A DNA stretch of 64,000 nt from the human T2T-CHM13v2.0 reference genome, Homo sapiens, in NCBI RefSeq assembly GCF_009914755.1, contig NC_060932.1, one strand, 5' to 3'. Positions 1-16,593 of the stretch are shown here, in pieces. Position numbers and translations under genes: made by a program. The notes below the pieces were generated by a model that did no database searches, had not been told where the DNA came from, and was given only the letters and a program-made list of their open reading frames with translations. Position 1 is the first letter of the stretch, and every line of letters starts with the position of its first letter.

Positions 1-60
1 TGTTCCGTGTGTGTGCACATTTGTGCACATGCGTTGTATGCACCTATGTGTAGAGAGAGA
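1..60. repeat. Degenerate (TG)n/(GA)n microsatellite
   Basis: Visible dinucleotide runs. Confidence 0.6.
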
Positions 61-450
61 AGGTGAATGAAGTGTAAGAAATGTATGCCATGAATGGTGA
101 GTCTGAGCACCTCCTCAAAGCCAGCACAGCCAGAGAATTTATTTCAAGTGTCACTAATGCAGTTGTTAAGATTCCCTAAAATGTAATGTTCTTCTCTGTA
201 AGGGAAAGGGGAATGTTAAAAGGATAAGAAAATGGAGTCAGGGAGGGACACTCTTCCCTGGGAAGCAAGTGCCATCAGCCAATTCAGAGTGCCATTTATG
301 AACCCAGTTCAGAGACTCGTACCCAAAGCTCCACCAGGAATACATGCCCCAAGGACTTCATCTCTCCCTGTCCAGCCTGGACTCCCATACCTCAGATGAC
401 CATTGCGGAGAGATTCTGGCACCCAGACCCGGGTCACCTTTCCATTTTAC

Positions 451-511
451 CTGGAAACAGCAGGGCCACAAGGAGAAGGCTGGTGACGGACGGGAGCAAT
501 CGTTGCCTCAT
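451..511 (-). CDS. SPAG11B: SPAG11 (EP2/HE2) coding exon 1, signal peptide; rest of the gene lies left of the window
   Basis: ATG at 511-509 reads MRQRLLPSVTSLLLVALLFP+G, followed by a phase-1 donor CCAG|GTAAAA at 450-449. Matches the known SPAG11 N-terminus. Confidence 0.95.
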
Positions 512-2869
512 GTCTGCCAAGAGCACTGCAAGTCAGAAAGCACCCAGGGTGGGTGGGCAGGCAGCGGGGCTCCTTTGATGGAGTGAGGCTGGGTGTGTGG
601 GCCCGGAGCGTGGGAAGAGCTGTGCTCCAGGATGACTTCTCATTCTCAAAGGACAATGTGGACACGCTACTATCCCACTGCTGGTGGAACAAACACTTGA
701 GACACATATTTCAGGAAGTAAATAATACGCCTGAATGCCTTGGGTGGGTTTGGTGAATAAGGAAGAACAGAGAGAAACAGAAAGATGAAAGGCATGGAGG
801 GGCAGAACAAACATAACTATCATAAAGTTGCCAATGTCCTCAAACGCTTCTCAAAAGCCCCCTAATGTTCATGAGAACAGGGACATAAATAAACTGCCAT
901 GTCGATTCTATCCTGTTGGCTGAGCGTTTTTATTTTAGTGTTAAAAAATCATGCATAAGACACACAACATAACAGGTAGGACCTGGTTTTACAAACTATC
1001 CCTTCCTGAAGTTATACAGAGAGTTCCAAGGCTGCTCAAAATGTTCTTTTCTTTTTCTTCTCCTCTCTGAGTCTCTTTCCCTGTTTCTTGGTCCCCTCCA
1101 CTTCTCCTTCCTCACTTTGGACCCCCCTCCTTTCTATTTTAACTTATTTGAGTTGTCTTGATTTTTCTCTCCCCTTTCCATTCTCTTTACCCCCAGACAC
1201 CTCCTGTTGATGTCACTGGGTCCAATTCAATTCTTTTAAAAAAGAAAAAAAAAATCTGTGTTTGAGTCTGGGTTTTCTCCTCTAGTAATATCCAAGCAGA
1301 GGACTTGTCTTCCCTTCTCCTTCATCTTTTTAAGCATTTTAACCAAGTGTGTGTTTCTTACTTGGCTACATTAGCTCAGGTATGCATGTAACCCAGACAG
1401 TCTGCTCTGGACTTAACTAAAGTGAAGAAGGCTTTGGTTGAAGAGTTTTGTATTCACATAGCATCCAATGTAACATCAGTGATGTCTGGAAAAGATAGTG
1501 CTTATCTCATATGTCTCATTTGCATGTATATTTTAATCCAGACAGAGAAAACAACTTAGGTCATTTGTGTAAATAAAAATACTTACTCTCTACCTGGAGA
1601 AAGCTGGAAGCAAATGGAGAAAGAGGCAGCAATGACAATAGAGACCTGGGCATCCGCTGAAGCACCAGCAAAGGGCGGAAGGTTTGCAGCTGCGGACAGG
1701 TGCACATAGCAGCTGCCCTGGCAGCACAATGCGGAGGCCACTATCTTTTGGGTCTCAGGACAGATTCTCCACTGCAAAGCATGAGGTGCTGGTCAGGGAG
1801 AGCAGGAGCATCATTCACATCCTTTCACTTTAAGGAATTAGGAAGTCTTCCAATTCCAAGAGCACAGGGCAACACTGCGGAGATAGGTGACAACTGGCCC
1901 ATGATAAGTTTCTTTAATCACTTACTGCATCAAATTCTGATAATTGGATGTTGGAAGAACATAGACAGTCAAGAAAGGAGGTAGACAGCTGCTCTACCTC
2001 AACCCTAAATGAAGATTTATTCGCTCATCTACATACTCTGGGTATTTTTTATACTCTAGTTCAATAGCAACTTCTTACAGTTGTATTTGTAATTATTTAA
2101 ACTTGGAATGTGGATCTTTTATAACAGTGATGGAAATTTTGGAGTATATTGGTAACTTATTTCTATATATTTTTATCTTCTCTATAAAAGGAAAGAAAAC
2201 AAAAACAAGCCTATTCCACCATTCAGATATTAATAGTAATGAATCATTAATCAAAATCATGACTTAAAATATAACAGCATTTGAGTAATTACCACCCAGG
2301 TAACGGAATCTTCTTTTAAGTCGTTAGAATTATTTGAAATTATTTAAATGAAGAAACTGAGCCAAAAATAGTTAGATCTCACTTCCTTTGTCTACGTCTT
2401 GAGATAAAGTAAGCCCCCTCTTCCATGCTTCTGAAAAGAACAATCTTAAAAAAGAGCAGCCGGGAAAGCCTAGTTCTGCTCTTTGACAGGCAAAAGCTGG
2501 TGAAGTCGTAATAAAGGCAATTAATGTTACATCTGTCCTAACACAACAATGCTCTCAGCTCCTGTCCTCTTCTGCCAGATTTCTGTGTCCTAAAAAAATC
2601 TTTGAATAATTCTCTTGCTAAAAGCCACATCCATCCTGAGGGGGAGGATGGCAGAACCCATTATAGAATATTCTAATAATTGTTTCAAGTTTTTTTTGGT
2701 CCATTCAATCAATAAATCATATTCTTTTTTTTTTAAGCTGCTTAGTATGTGGTATCTTGATTCGTTTGGACTAAGTAGGTGGGCTAAAGTAAAATGATCA
2801 AGATTTTATTGTCAAATAAGAAGTTCTGCAAATACATATTCCTGAAGGATCTTATTGGAAATTGCACAC

Positions 2870-4690
<1,821 letters not shown>

Positions 4691-7362
4691 AAAATTTCAA
4701 GTTCTGCTCTTTTGGATATTTAAGTAAGGACCTGGGTGGTGATTTGCTCACCCAGAGATTTTCTCTGTCAATCTCTGTCTCTCTCTCTCAACTTCAAATA
4801 ATAAAAAACGCATAAATTAAAAAGTGAAAAATATCCAAACAATCCTTCCTTCTGTTGATTTTCATTAGGCACATTTCAAAGGGTTACTGATCATTCATTA
4901 TGAACTACAGACTTCAGATCTGTATCCATCCTTTGGAGATAGAAGATAAGTAGCAATGTTATTGGGTTTCTGATTGTGTTTGTAGTGCATCAGGTACAAA
5001 TTATTAAATATTTCCTGCCAATTCTGGAAACAATAAAATAGAACAATCTATCTTTGTTCTTTTACTGTAAAGCCCTGAAATTAAAGTAGTGCGACTTTGT
5101 GATGTCGTTAAGTGCTGAGGATAGCAGTTCATTAATATGACTATGTGAATTACACCTGAGGGCGGGAGGGGGCGCTGTTTCAGAATCCAGCCTCTTTAGA
5201 GAGCAAAACAATAGGACACCAGGACGGCAAGCCAAACCCAGGGCTCTTCAGTGAAGACCACGATACAAGGCTTTCTACGTTATCTGACAATGAGATAGCT
5301 TTGCTTTCTGCTTGTTCTTGTCTCTCTGGCCACTACGGCGGGTGGCGTTGATTAAAGTCTGTAGAAGTCCCTTGCTTTGCTCTATATTTACATTGGGAGG
5401 TACAAGATGGCCTCCTTGGCAAGGCATCAAATTACATTTTAAAAGGAGACAAAAAATAATTGTAGCACAGGGTCAGCAGTTGGATCTCTGTTTGTAAGTG
5501 TTGTTGGGCAGAATGGCCATACGGCAGGAGGGGAAATCAAGGTACAAGTCAAATAAGTCACCTTCCCAAGGTCCCCTGCTAAGCAGTAGAGCTGGGATTC
5601 CAGGCTTTGCGTATTTGTACATGCCATGCTGTGCTGCCTCTGAACTGCACTTGAGATGTGGGGTCTAGGCCTGGTCTTGCCTAATATCGTGGCCAGTGTT
5701 AGGAAAACCACTAATCCGTCTGAACCTTAGTAACAGTGCCTAAAAGGTGAGGATGTTGACACTTACCATGCCTAATTCAAGAGTTTATGGTGAGGATCAA
5801 AGGAGATTATGTATTAAAAGTATTTTATAAAATACAAAATATGAGAATAATGAAAAGAGTCTAAAAAAATGTAAGACTAAAATAAATGTCACATTGTCTT
5901 ATAGCGTGTTCTGTATGTTGCATTTGGAGTGTGGCATCCTTGGGGGTGGTTCAGTAGTTTCTTCTTTTCCTGTAATTGCAGTGTTGAGACCTAGGGGCTT
6001 GCCCAGATATGCACTCAATTTTCAGCACAATATTTTATAGATGGAATAGAAGTACACATCACCATCTGTGCAAGAGGCCTTGGAGGTAAACAACCTGAGG
6101 CAGTATGTGGACCTTCCAGGATCCAGATTCTAATAAATCAACTCTTAAAAAGGCACTTATGAAATGCTCAGGGTCATTTGAATACAGATTGGCTGTTAAA
6201 TTGTATTTAGGAATGAATGCTGATTTTTTCCAGGGGTGATAATAGTATTGGGGTTCTATTTTACAAAACGAGTTCTTTCCCCCTGAGTTACACCTTCTAG
6301 AGTATTTTCAAATGGGCACCTTTGAAATAATTTATTTTTATTTGAGATAATCTAGGAGAGAGTTATCAAGGGATGAAACAAGACTAACCACATATTGAGG
6401 CTGGGCGATGCCTACGCGAAGGGCCATTACACTGTTTTGGTAGAAAGGGCACAATGCAGCCTCAGTTTCCACCCTGACAAGGTGAGGATGATGCTGCTTA
6501 CCATGACTAGAAGCTCGTACGTGGCATTATGTCCTTCTATTAGGAAGCACAGGGTAGCAGGTTGTCTTTCTGGCTTATTTTAATCGCTGTTGACATTCCT
6601 TGGCTAGATCCCTGTTTCCCTATGTGTTTGCAAAATGGCGACACTCCTCATTTATTAGCTGGACTGCTTTCGAAGACAGAAGCTTTTGACTACCTTAAAA
6701 TTTGGTTTGGACAGGAAAGGCAGGCAGGTCAAATGTTTCATCACTCACCTTTCTTTACAGGTTTTCAGGATCAAGAATCCACAGCTCAGCGCAGGGCTGC
6801 TCTCTGCTGCCCTCTGCTGGATGGGACCCTCCACAGACGCCCACTTGATCAACCCCTTAAGCTCCAATGGGTTCCCAAGCTTGTCATCACACATCACCTC
6901 TTTTGTTTTTCTCCTCAGAGGTCTATGTTTTGAAATATAGTGTATTCTAAACAAGGCACACTTAACATTGATTTACTTTACATTTTAATTAACACACGAT
7001 ATATATAACTCCTGAGCAAAACTTTCGATCGGAAAAGAAAACCAATATTATCAGGATAAAAATGATGTTTTTCTTAGGTTTATAGCTGATTAGGTAGACA
7101 TATTTTTTGTTCAACTTATAAAGTGTTGAAACTCATGCTTAACTCCCATTGTTATTCTCCATTATCACAACCAGAGGCGGCTTTCCAGCCTGTATTCTTC
7201 TTCAATCTCCTATATTGGCTTTGCATTGAGTGGAAGCTCAGCAAACCTTCTTTCATAACTGAACCCGTGGTTGCAATGGGGATGCCCTTGCTGCTAGACC
7301 GCAGGAAGGAAAGCTACTGAGGTCCTACTTCCAGCGACTCTAGGGACCAGCACTACTGCGTT

Positions 7363-7523
7363 TCAGGGTTTTGTACGATTCAGTAAGCTCTCATCCCATT
7401 TTCTCAAACAGCATGCATAGGTGTTGGGACATCTTCCAATTCTGTATTCTTGGCTGCGACATTTCTTCCGGCAACGGGCAGTCCCATAACCACATATTCT
7501 GTCCAATTCAAATTCGCTTCTCA
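7363..7523 (-). CDS. DEFB104B: Beta-defensin 104 (hBD-4) exon 2, mature peptide
   Basis: Acceptor TTATCTAG|TGAG at 7525-7524. Encodes (V)[52 protein letters not shown] with the 6-Cys motif. 58+161 nt = 72 aa + stop. Confidence 0.98.
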
Positions 7524-8149
7524 CTAGATAACAGGATATGGCACTGTCATTCATTGCTTACTGGCACCAAAAGGCAAGGCTTTGGTAGAAGGTGTTTTCG
7601 GAGGGGGATAGAGAATGCTAGTGCATGGTGGTAGAGGTTTTCCTGGACCCCCATCCTCCTCCACTTTCCTAGATGATTGACTTGACCTTCTGATTCCCAA
7701 CCAGCATGGATTTTGTTTGAAAATGTACATCATTCCATGTCACACTTATTTTCAAAATCCCTGCAAGTTTACTATTGTTTTCTTTATTAAATCTCTCCAA
7801 GCCCCTTACTTGGTCTCCAAAGCAATCGTGATCTGATCTTGGGCCACTTTTTCAGACCCATGCTTTTCCACTGTGGCCCTCACTCTGTCCATGAAACTCT
7901 CGCCGGCTTCCCTTCTGTTCCGTGTGAGCTTACTCTTTGCTATCCTGGTACCTTCACGTGCACTGTCCCCTCTGCCTGGAAGGTTTTTCTTCCTTCCCAT
8001 AAGTGAATTCTTTGAACTTTTATGTCTCAACCTTAAGTTCCCAATATTGGGCAAATCTTTCTCTGTCCTCTTCGTGTATTCAAATGCCCCAAAAGTATTT
8101 TTCTCCCTATGCATTTGTTATTCTTTTATATCACCTATCGCAAGTTGTA

Positions 8150-8255
8150 GTTATATATCTATGTATCTATATAGGTATATATATATATACCTATATAGAG
8201 AGAGATACATACAAACATAGACATAGATATAGATATGTATATATGTATGTATATT
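8150..8255. repeat. (TA)n/(TAGA)n low-complexity repeat in the DEFB104 intron
   Basis: Visible AT-rich simple repeat. Confidence 0.8.
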
Positions 8256-9644
8256 TTGTTATTTGCTATTCTCATTCGAACTATGAGCTCCCTGACAATG
8301 AGGCCCATGTTTATGTTGCTTACCATTGTGTAACTGCTACCAGGAACATAGCCTGTTCTCAATAAGGACGTGGTGAGTAAATGATTGGATAGACTAGACC
8401 AGAATAAACTAGAGTGGTTGCAAGTAGAGAGGAGGAAACTAGAAAGGAGCAGAATCCTGATTGTTCGGCCGTTGGCCCAGAGCAGTTTTCAGGAGACATG
8501 GATTTAGCTTCTCAGTCTCAGGGTGCGCTCTCTGAGGCTGAAAGCAGCTTTGTAAAACTCATTATCTCACATGCCACACTGATAGGATCTTACAGAGATA
8601 TCAGGAAAACCCAGAAGCAAGGCTGATGGTAGGGAGGACAGCGTAAGGTGGACCGAGAGAGTCTCGCTGGAGAGAGCTTTGCTAGAGGTTCTCTAGCAAA
8701 CTCAGCAGGAGCCAGGCTTGGGAGAGGGTGTCAGAAGAACCCTGGGGAGAGGAGAGTCAGGGCTGCAAATGGACCTCTTTGCAGAGGTCGGGGCCCAAGA
8801 GTCCTAATTTCATCTTAGCCTTAAGTCCTTCTCCCCTGTTGCATCTGTTCCTTTTCTACAAAGCAGAAACGGGCTGCTAATCCTCGCACCAGGGTTTTAT
8901 GTCTTTCATTTGTTCTGGTAAAGAGAAGCCTCCTGTTTCTGATGCTTAGGTATCAAGGTTCTTTGTCCAGGATGTAGGTGAGGACTAAAAGGCAGTTTGA
9001 CCAATTCATGTGCTGGATAGGATATTGAAGGGGTTAATATTTGGAATGGCCCCACAGCGGGTGATGAGGAAAGACTGTTTTGCTGTAGGCTTCATTCAAA
9101 AGCAAGCCCTTGTGGTCACAGTACAAGGCAATGAAGAAAGGAGTGAGGTGGGCTGCAGTGTGTATCATGCTGAGGGAGTAGGTGGAGGTTGAGTAGCAGA
9201 TATGTGCCTTCTGACATATCTGTGGCAGGTCGCTTTACAACCTGGAGTTAGAGGAGGAAAAAGAGGACAGCATGCTTGCTCAGGGAAAACGAAGCTTAGC
9301 GTTAGGGGAGAAGGAGAATAGACTAGGAAGAGAACACAACCTTTAAAATGTTAGACTGTCAGTTTCAAACAAGCCCTCACAGGCCATCTATTTAGAGATG
9401 GGAATGAAGGCTCAGAGAAGGAAAGTGACTAATCTGAAGTCACACAGCAACTTATGTGTCAAAGCTGGAACAGAAACCTAGTTGGTATGTCTTACAGTCT
9501 CAGTAAACAGAATGCAAAAGGGAGAATGCAGTCCATACACTAAGGCTGAGTAATAAACATTTCCTAAGCAATAAATACATTCCAGGGTAGACTACACTAC
9601 ACTAGTTTCTTTCTTGCATAAGCAATTTTCCTCCTCTGCTCTAC

Positions 9645-10627
<983 letters not shown>

Positions 10628-12018
10628 CACCCATCCCCAGTCCCTGTGGGTATCTGAGGGGCTGATAGTGTGTGACAGCCAAACTTACCCAAAGCAGGGG
10701 TGGCAGGAGAAGAGGCAGGCAGCGCATGTCATTCACCCTCACCCACTTCTGCCACTTCCCTCCCTAATCCTCTTCCTGCTAATGGTCTTTCTCAGAATTC
10801 AACTGCAGAGGACAGTCTGACCCAGCCCTCAGCAGCCAAGTGTGGATAATGGCAGCCAGCTCTGCGGTGCATTCTTCGGGATCTGGAGGGATCCCTGACC
10901 CAGGCTTTCCATCCCAAGTTCTTTGTCTTGGGATCAAAGGTTGAAGAAAACCTGTTCTTTGATAAATTGCTATCATATTTTAACAGACCTGGAACATGCC
11001 CATAGCAGAATTTCACAGAAGTGTCTTTGGGAAATGACACGGGAAGAAAGAAAAAGGAAGAGTTAACCTAAACAGGTACCCTCTGAAAAAAAATCATTAA
11101 CCCATCTGAATCACAGTGGAGGCACAGCCCGGAAGGGCAAAAAGATGGGTGCTGGGTGTCTGTCAAAGCCCCATAAAATTGACTGAGCAGCTTGGAAGAG
11201 AAGATCCGATGGCTTCTACGAGTCAAAACAATTGGTTTCGTCCCAGCACTGCTAGACTTGTTAAGCAACTCTAAAAATCTTATTTTCTCTCACTGTACTA
11301 TAGAGAATGCTGCTCAGCTTGTAAAAGAAGGGAATTAGATTAGGTGCTCTCTCATATCCATTGCAAATATATTAAGAAATACATGCTTCTGGGGACATAG
11401 ATTAACGTAGGAGTCAGAAGATTGCTGACATCTCAGTCTAAAATTTCCTGAGCAGAGTTCAAAGGCACCTGCTATTTGTGTTGTCAGTAAATTACGTTCT
11501 TGCCTACTGAAATCACTGCATCCCCTTTAACCCTAATCATCTGACTTGATATGAAAAGTTGCAAAATTTAGGAGGATGAGTAGGCGCCCTTTTCTGTGCA
11601 GAGTAAAGCTGTTCAGAAGGAGGAGGATGGGGGAAGGCATCTTATTCTACAAAATCAACAATGAATAATTGCTGTTGCCCTGCAATGGAACAAGCATGGC
11701 TAGTGAGTCCTCATTGCTGAGGATTCCATGAGGAATTGTTACCGTGTGTGGCCAGGGTGCCAAGGACATCTAGGACTCCTGATCCCTACGTTTCTTTTTT
11801 CCTCCTTGAGCTAGTAAGCCTCGTGGCTGTAAGGTGCATACAAGGACTGCCACATACTGCATTTTACTAATGGACCCAATGAAAGCAAAGAGAAAAAAGG
11901 CTGAGATTGAAGAAGGTTACTCCATCCTTCAGGATTTATTTTCTAAATCAAATGTTTTTCTTCTCCCCCTGTCATCCCCAGCAACTGTGTATATTTCCAG
12001 CTGAGAGTCCCTTTTTAC

Positions 12019-12076
12019 CTGGAAGATCTTGATAGAGTAGAAGAGAAATGGCTAATAGCAGCACAAGTCTCTGCAT
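12019..12076 (-). CDS. DEFB104B: Beta-defensin 104 exon 1, signal peptide
   Basis: MQRLVLLLAISLLLYQDLP+G, donor CCAG|GTAAAA at 12018-12017. Confidence 0.97.
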
Positions 12077-12147
12077 AATGCTGGGGCTGCTGGCGAGAAG
12101 CAGACGCAAGTCGGAGGGAATCACCCCAGGCAGGAGCAGGGCAGGTG

Positions 12148-12155
12148 TATTTATG
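12148..12155 (-). promoter_or_regulatory. TATA-like box of DEFB104
   Basis: CATAAATA on the minus strand about 70 nt upstream of the ATG. Confidence 0.55.
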
Positions 12156-13317
12156 GGCAGAGGCTGCTCTTGATTACTGAGGCTTATCAAAATGCAGCGT
12201 TCCTTGGTGAACACTCACCAAGGCACAGTGTGGGGGAGGTGTTGGGGCTACAGAAATGCCAGCTGGGCAGTGTTGAGGGTGGGGAGACAGTATTACCATA
12301 GGTAAAGTCCAAGTCACTTCACTTGCTTCCCTGAATCGTTTCTGAAGCAAGAACTGGATTAGATGATCTCTAAGATACCTTCCAGCCTTGACATTCCTCA
12401 ATTCTGGTGAGAAGACTTTCTCTTCCATTTCAGTACATTTCAGTCAGGAGATTCTTGTTGAAAATTGTGATGTGGCTAATGGAATTGAAGTCCATAGCCC
12501 CCAAGACCTCTCTGAAGTAAACATTGAAACAAACATACAATGTCAAGGAGAAGAATGGCATGGAGCGTGGGGAGGTCATAAATGCGTGAAAGGTCCCAGG
12601 ACATTTCTGTGATAGAAAGAGTGTAGGATGAGGATGACAAGTGACAACAAGGAATACTTGATGGCGGGCATTGTCCAAGGGTGGGATTGTAACCACAGAG
12701 CATCAGGCTCACTTAGGGCTTAGGTGAAAAGGAGGACAAGAATGAGAAGAGAGGTTAAAAGGAGACAATTCATGAGAATGCTGTATTTCTAACAATGGCT
12801 TCAAATAAAACATAACCTTCCAGAGAGCATACGCCTGGCCCTCAACCCGGGGTATATGCTCCCTGGATTTAACCCCAACCCCACCCGAGGCAAAACATAT
12901 AGAGCATATGCTCCTGGCATTTGCCCTTAGGGAAAACACCAGATAATTTTATTTTAAGAAAAAAAAATACTTCATTTCTCTAAAATGAAGTATTTTAGAG
13001 AAAGTAAAAACGTCCAATCTTGAAAGTTGACATTCTCGAATAAGGTCCCCTTATTCTAGAACACAGATTAGACAAAGCCTGACAGACATACGTTGCTTGC
13101 ACATCCTAAGCAAAATCTAGCAGTCAGTGTGTCTTCCCCAGAGTTCTCACTTAGGGGAGAATGTGATGGAAAACCAGGTCTCCTTTCACAGTAACGGAAT
13201 AGAATAGAACATCAGAAATCATAAACTATGCCAGTTTGGGTGCTCCATGAAGCATTTATCAACAGGAATTAGAAAGGAAATAAATTTATTGGGAAATGCC
13301 TGTGAAAGATAAAGGGG

Positions 13318-13631
<314 letters not shown>

Positions 13632-14854
13632 TCAAAACGAAAAGATGAAGGGGAGAGGGAGCAAGATTGAGTAGGGAAAGTCTTCAGAACATGATGTCAA
13701 TTAACACCTGTGAAAAGGTTTGGAGTCGGGGGAGCCTCAGACTACAGTGCAGAAAATTTCAGCATTGCCAGTGGGGAACCCCAGGGCAAAGACTGTCCTA
13801 CACCAGCAGACATGGCCCAGCTCTAGTCCACATTGTGCTCATTCACTGCCTGGAAGCAGCCAGGGCAAGAGTGGTAGCCATGGGAATCCTGCCGCAGGTT
13901 ACAAACGTGCAGCACGTAGAGGCCGTCGGATACTCTCCTCACAGCAGACACACAGCAAGCACAAATGTGCAGGATCCATGGGACCCTCCTAGCCTGCCAC
14001 ATGTCAGGCTTTAGTAATTTTTGATGATGAGCTTCAAGGGAAAAACATCAGCCAATATTCAAGGTCATCTATGTGACCAGGATTCTGAAGAAAACTGAAA
14101 AATTCTGATGATAATAAATATTCAGCAATTCTTCAAAAAAAAAAAAAAGTAATTCATATACAGGGACTGAATAACCAAACTTCAAAAGAAATCCTATATC
14201 TTCTTAGGAGAAAAAAATAATAAAAGCTTTATTTGCTGAGTCCTTATAAAGTATTTCAGAGTTCTGGTTTCGGTCGCTACAAGTAAAAAGACTGAAAGTA
14301 ACTACTTTACTCCTTAAAAAAAGAAAAAAAAAAGCCAAATAAATGGAAAAATCAATGACTTTTCTTGGACCCATTAGGGAACTGAGGGCTCCGGGCAAAC
14401 CCATTGCGTGGAAATCTGGAGTCACAGCTGAGATGAGCTAACCTGGAATGGAAGCTCTGAAACCATGAACTAGCAGGAACACTTACGGTGATTTCGACAA
14501 CTTGCTGGAGGCTGAACGTGGACATTTAGGAGAGTGAAAAACTGCTAGAGACCATGGTCAAAGGCTCTCCCTTCTCAACCCCTGCTTTCCTGGGTTTTAA
14601 ATCCAGGAAGCCCCCAAGGTTATCATGGTGAAGAGCCAGAATGGAAGCCCTCATTGCCCTGAAAGGAGAAGGGAAGAGTGATATTGTGAAACATGTCCAG
14701 AGGATTCCCCATAACCAAAGCCTCCTCCTCTGCAGGAAAAACAATTTTACTCGAGCCATATCCCACCTGGAGGGGAAGACGTTTCCCTATTCCAGCCCCA
14801 TCTGACCTTCCTGTCTCACTTGAGGGATGGGGGTAGCTAAGAATTTCTTGAGAG

Positions 14855-15135
14855 CCGGGCACGGTGGCTCATGCTTGTAACCCCAGCACTCTGGGAGGCC
14901 AAGGTGGGCAGATCACCAGGTCAGAAGTTCAAGACCAGCCTGCCCAATATGGTGAAACCCCATCTCTACTTAAAAAGTACAAAAATTAGCCAGGTGTGGT
15001 GGTACACACCTGTAGTCCCAGCTACTTGGGAGGCTGAGGCAGAAGAGTCACTGAACCTGGGAGGAGGAGGTTGAAGTGAGCCAAGATCATGCCACTGAAC
15101 TCCAGCCTGGTGACAGAGATTTAAAAAAAAAAAAA
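14855..15135 (+). mobile_element. Alu (AluS type)
   Basis: GCCGGGCACGGTGGCTCA.. to poly-A. Confidence 0.95.
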
Positions 15136-15239
15136 GTTCTAGTGACAGTCACAGTGCAGGGACACACAGGCTCAGGTAAAGATGAGATTTACTTATAAGA
15201 TTATAGAATGCTTCCTTTTCCCCTGCCTCTTTTTTGTTC

Positions 15240-16593
15240 ATCCCTTGCAGCTGTCTGAGACATAAGATCCTTAATATCATCCTCAGGTTAGTCCCATTCA
15301 ACCATCGCCTCCATTTGCAGGCTTGACCAGGTCCCAGTATCATGTGGATAAATTGACAAAGATCAGGAAGTCGTGGATTGTATGTTTAAATGAGGATTCT
15401 AAATTCCTCAGCAAATTCCTGGGGGTTTTCCTTTGGGTTAGGGAAGTCTTTCACTATTTCTGTCAGTTCGGATTTTGACCAAGACATAAAGGTAATTAAA
15501 GAAGGCAGACACAGTTGATCTGAGGAACTAACTTTAGAAGGCATTTTCCTAACTTGCTTCTCATCTTCAGAGTAGAAAGGCAGCTGAGTGAAGAGGGTAG
15601 TGGAATCAGAGTAATTAGGCAGAGGAAGAAGAGAGACAGGAGGAAAAGAAGGAGCATTGAGAGTTGAGTGAGTCAATGTACAATTTTTTATCATCACTGA
15701 TTAAGTGCTTAAGCTTTTAATTTCCCTTTTGTAAAGAGTCTTTAAGAAAGGCAAGTTTTGATTTGCTTAGTCTTTTAGAAGCTTCTGCATGCCAATTAAA
15801 AACATATCTCATTTTTTTTTTTTGAGGCATGTAAGATCACTTCTCTTTCAATGTAGCTTATAGATGAATAACTGTTTAGGTTAAAATTTCTTCACTGTGA
15901 CCAGTGTAATCCTAAGTTGTCTTTAGTAAAGTTTACACATTTATTTAGAAAAACACAGGTTCTAGGTCCATAATTTTTATACATGAACGTAGCTAGAGTC
16001 CCAGATGGAGAGGTTCCAGACTACCTGGATACAGATGAACTCATGATTCTTTGTCTTCCCTAAACCCTACCTTCTTAAGACCTTCTGTTGGACCCAGTCC
16101 AGTTTCTGCTGGATCCAGACACAGAGAGAAAGCGGTGAGTAAAACCGGCTCAGCTGGTAACTACATCTGGCTACTCATTGTCCCAGGAACCATTATCAGG
16201 GCTTCTTTGGGTCCCTCTTCTGACAACAAAAGTATTAAAAAATAAACTTAGGCACATAAAAATCTTAGAGTTTTCTTTTGAGCAGATATCAATTTAAGAA
16301 TCGGGCAGGCTCCAAATCACAAGTCTTTTGGGGCTCACGCAAAGAGGCACGAGGAAAAGGCTTTTATAGGGTGAAAATGGAAGAAAGGCAAATTAAACAT
16401 CTAATTGGTTAAGGTGGAGTATAAGCCTTATTCGAATCATTCCATTCCCTTGTTAGAGGTTAGTTGGTGGTTTCTGATTGGTTAAAGTTTTCTTTTACCA
16501 TTCAAACCGAGTTGGGTTTTAGTTTGCTTATGTAGAAACCGAGTGCACTGAAGCTCCCGCAGTCTAATGGCCTCTCATTTAATTATTTTAACA
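15240..16593 (-). mobile_element. Truncated ERV: LTR (~16230-16593), tRNA-Leu-like PBS (16210-16228), gag remnant
   Basis: Minus-strand LTR begins TGTTAAAATAATTAAATGAGAGGCCATTAGACTG (MER31/MER67-like). PBS-like TGTTGTCAGAAGAGGGACC. ORF 15386-15697 ends WSKSELTEIVKDFPNPKENPQEFAEEFRILI, resembling an ERV capsid N-terminus. Confidence 0.65.

Noticed and set aside
1700-1777. RICPETQKIVASALCC, a partial defensin-like Cys pattern on the minus strand
   Set aside because: C1, C2 and C4 are absent and the spacing to CC is too short; not distinguishable from chance.
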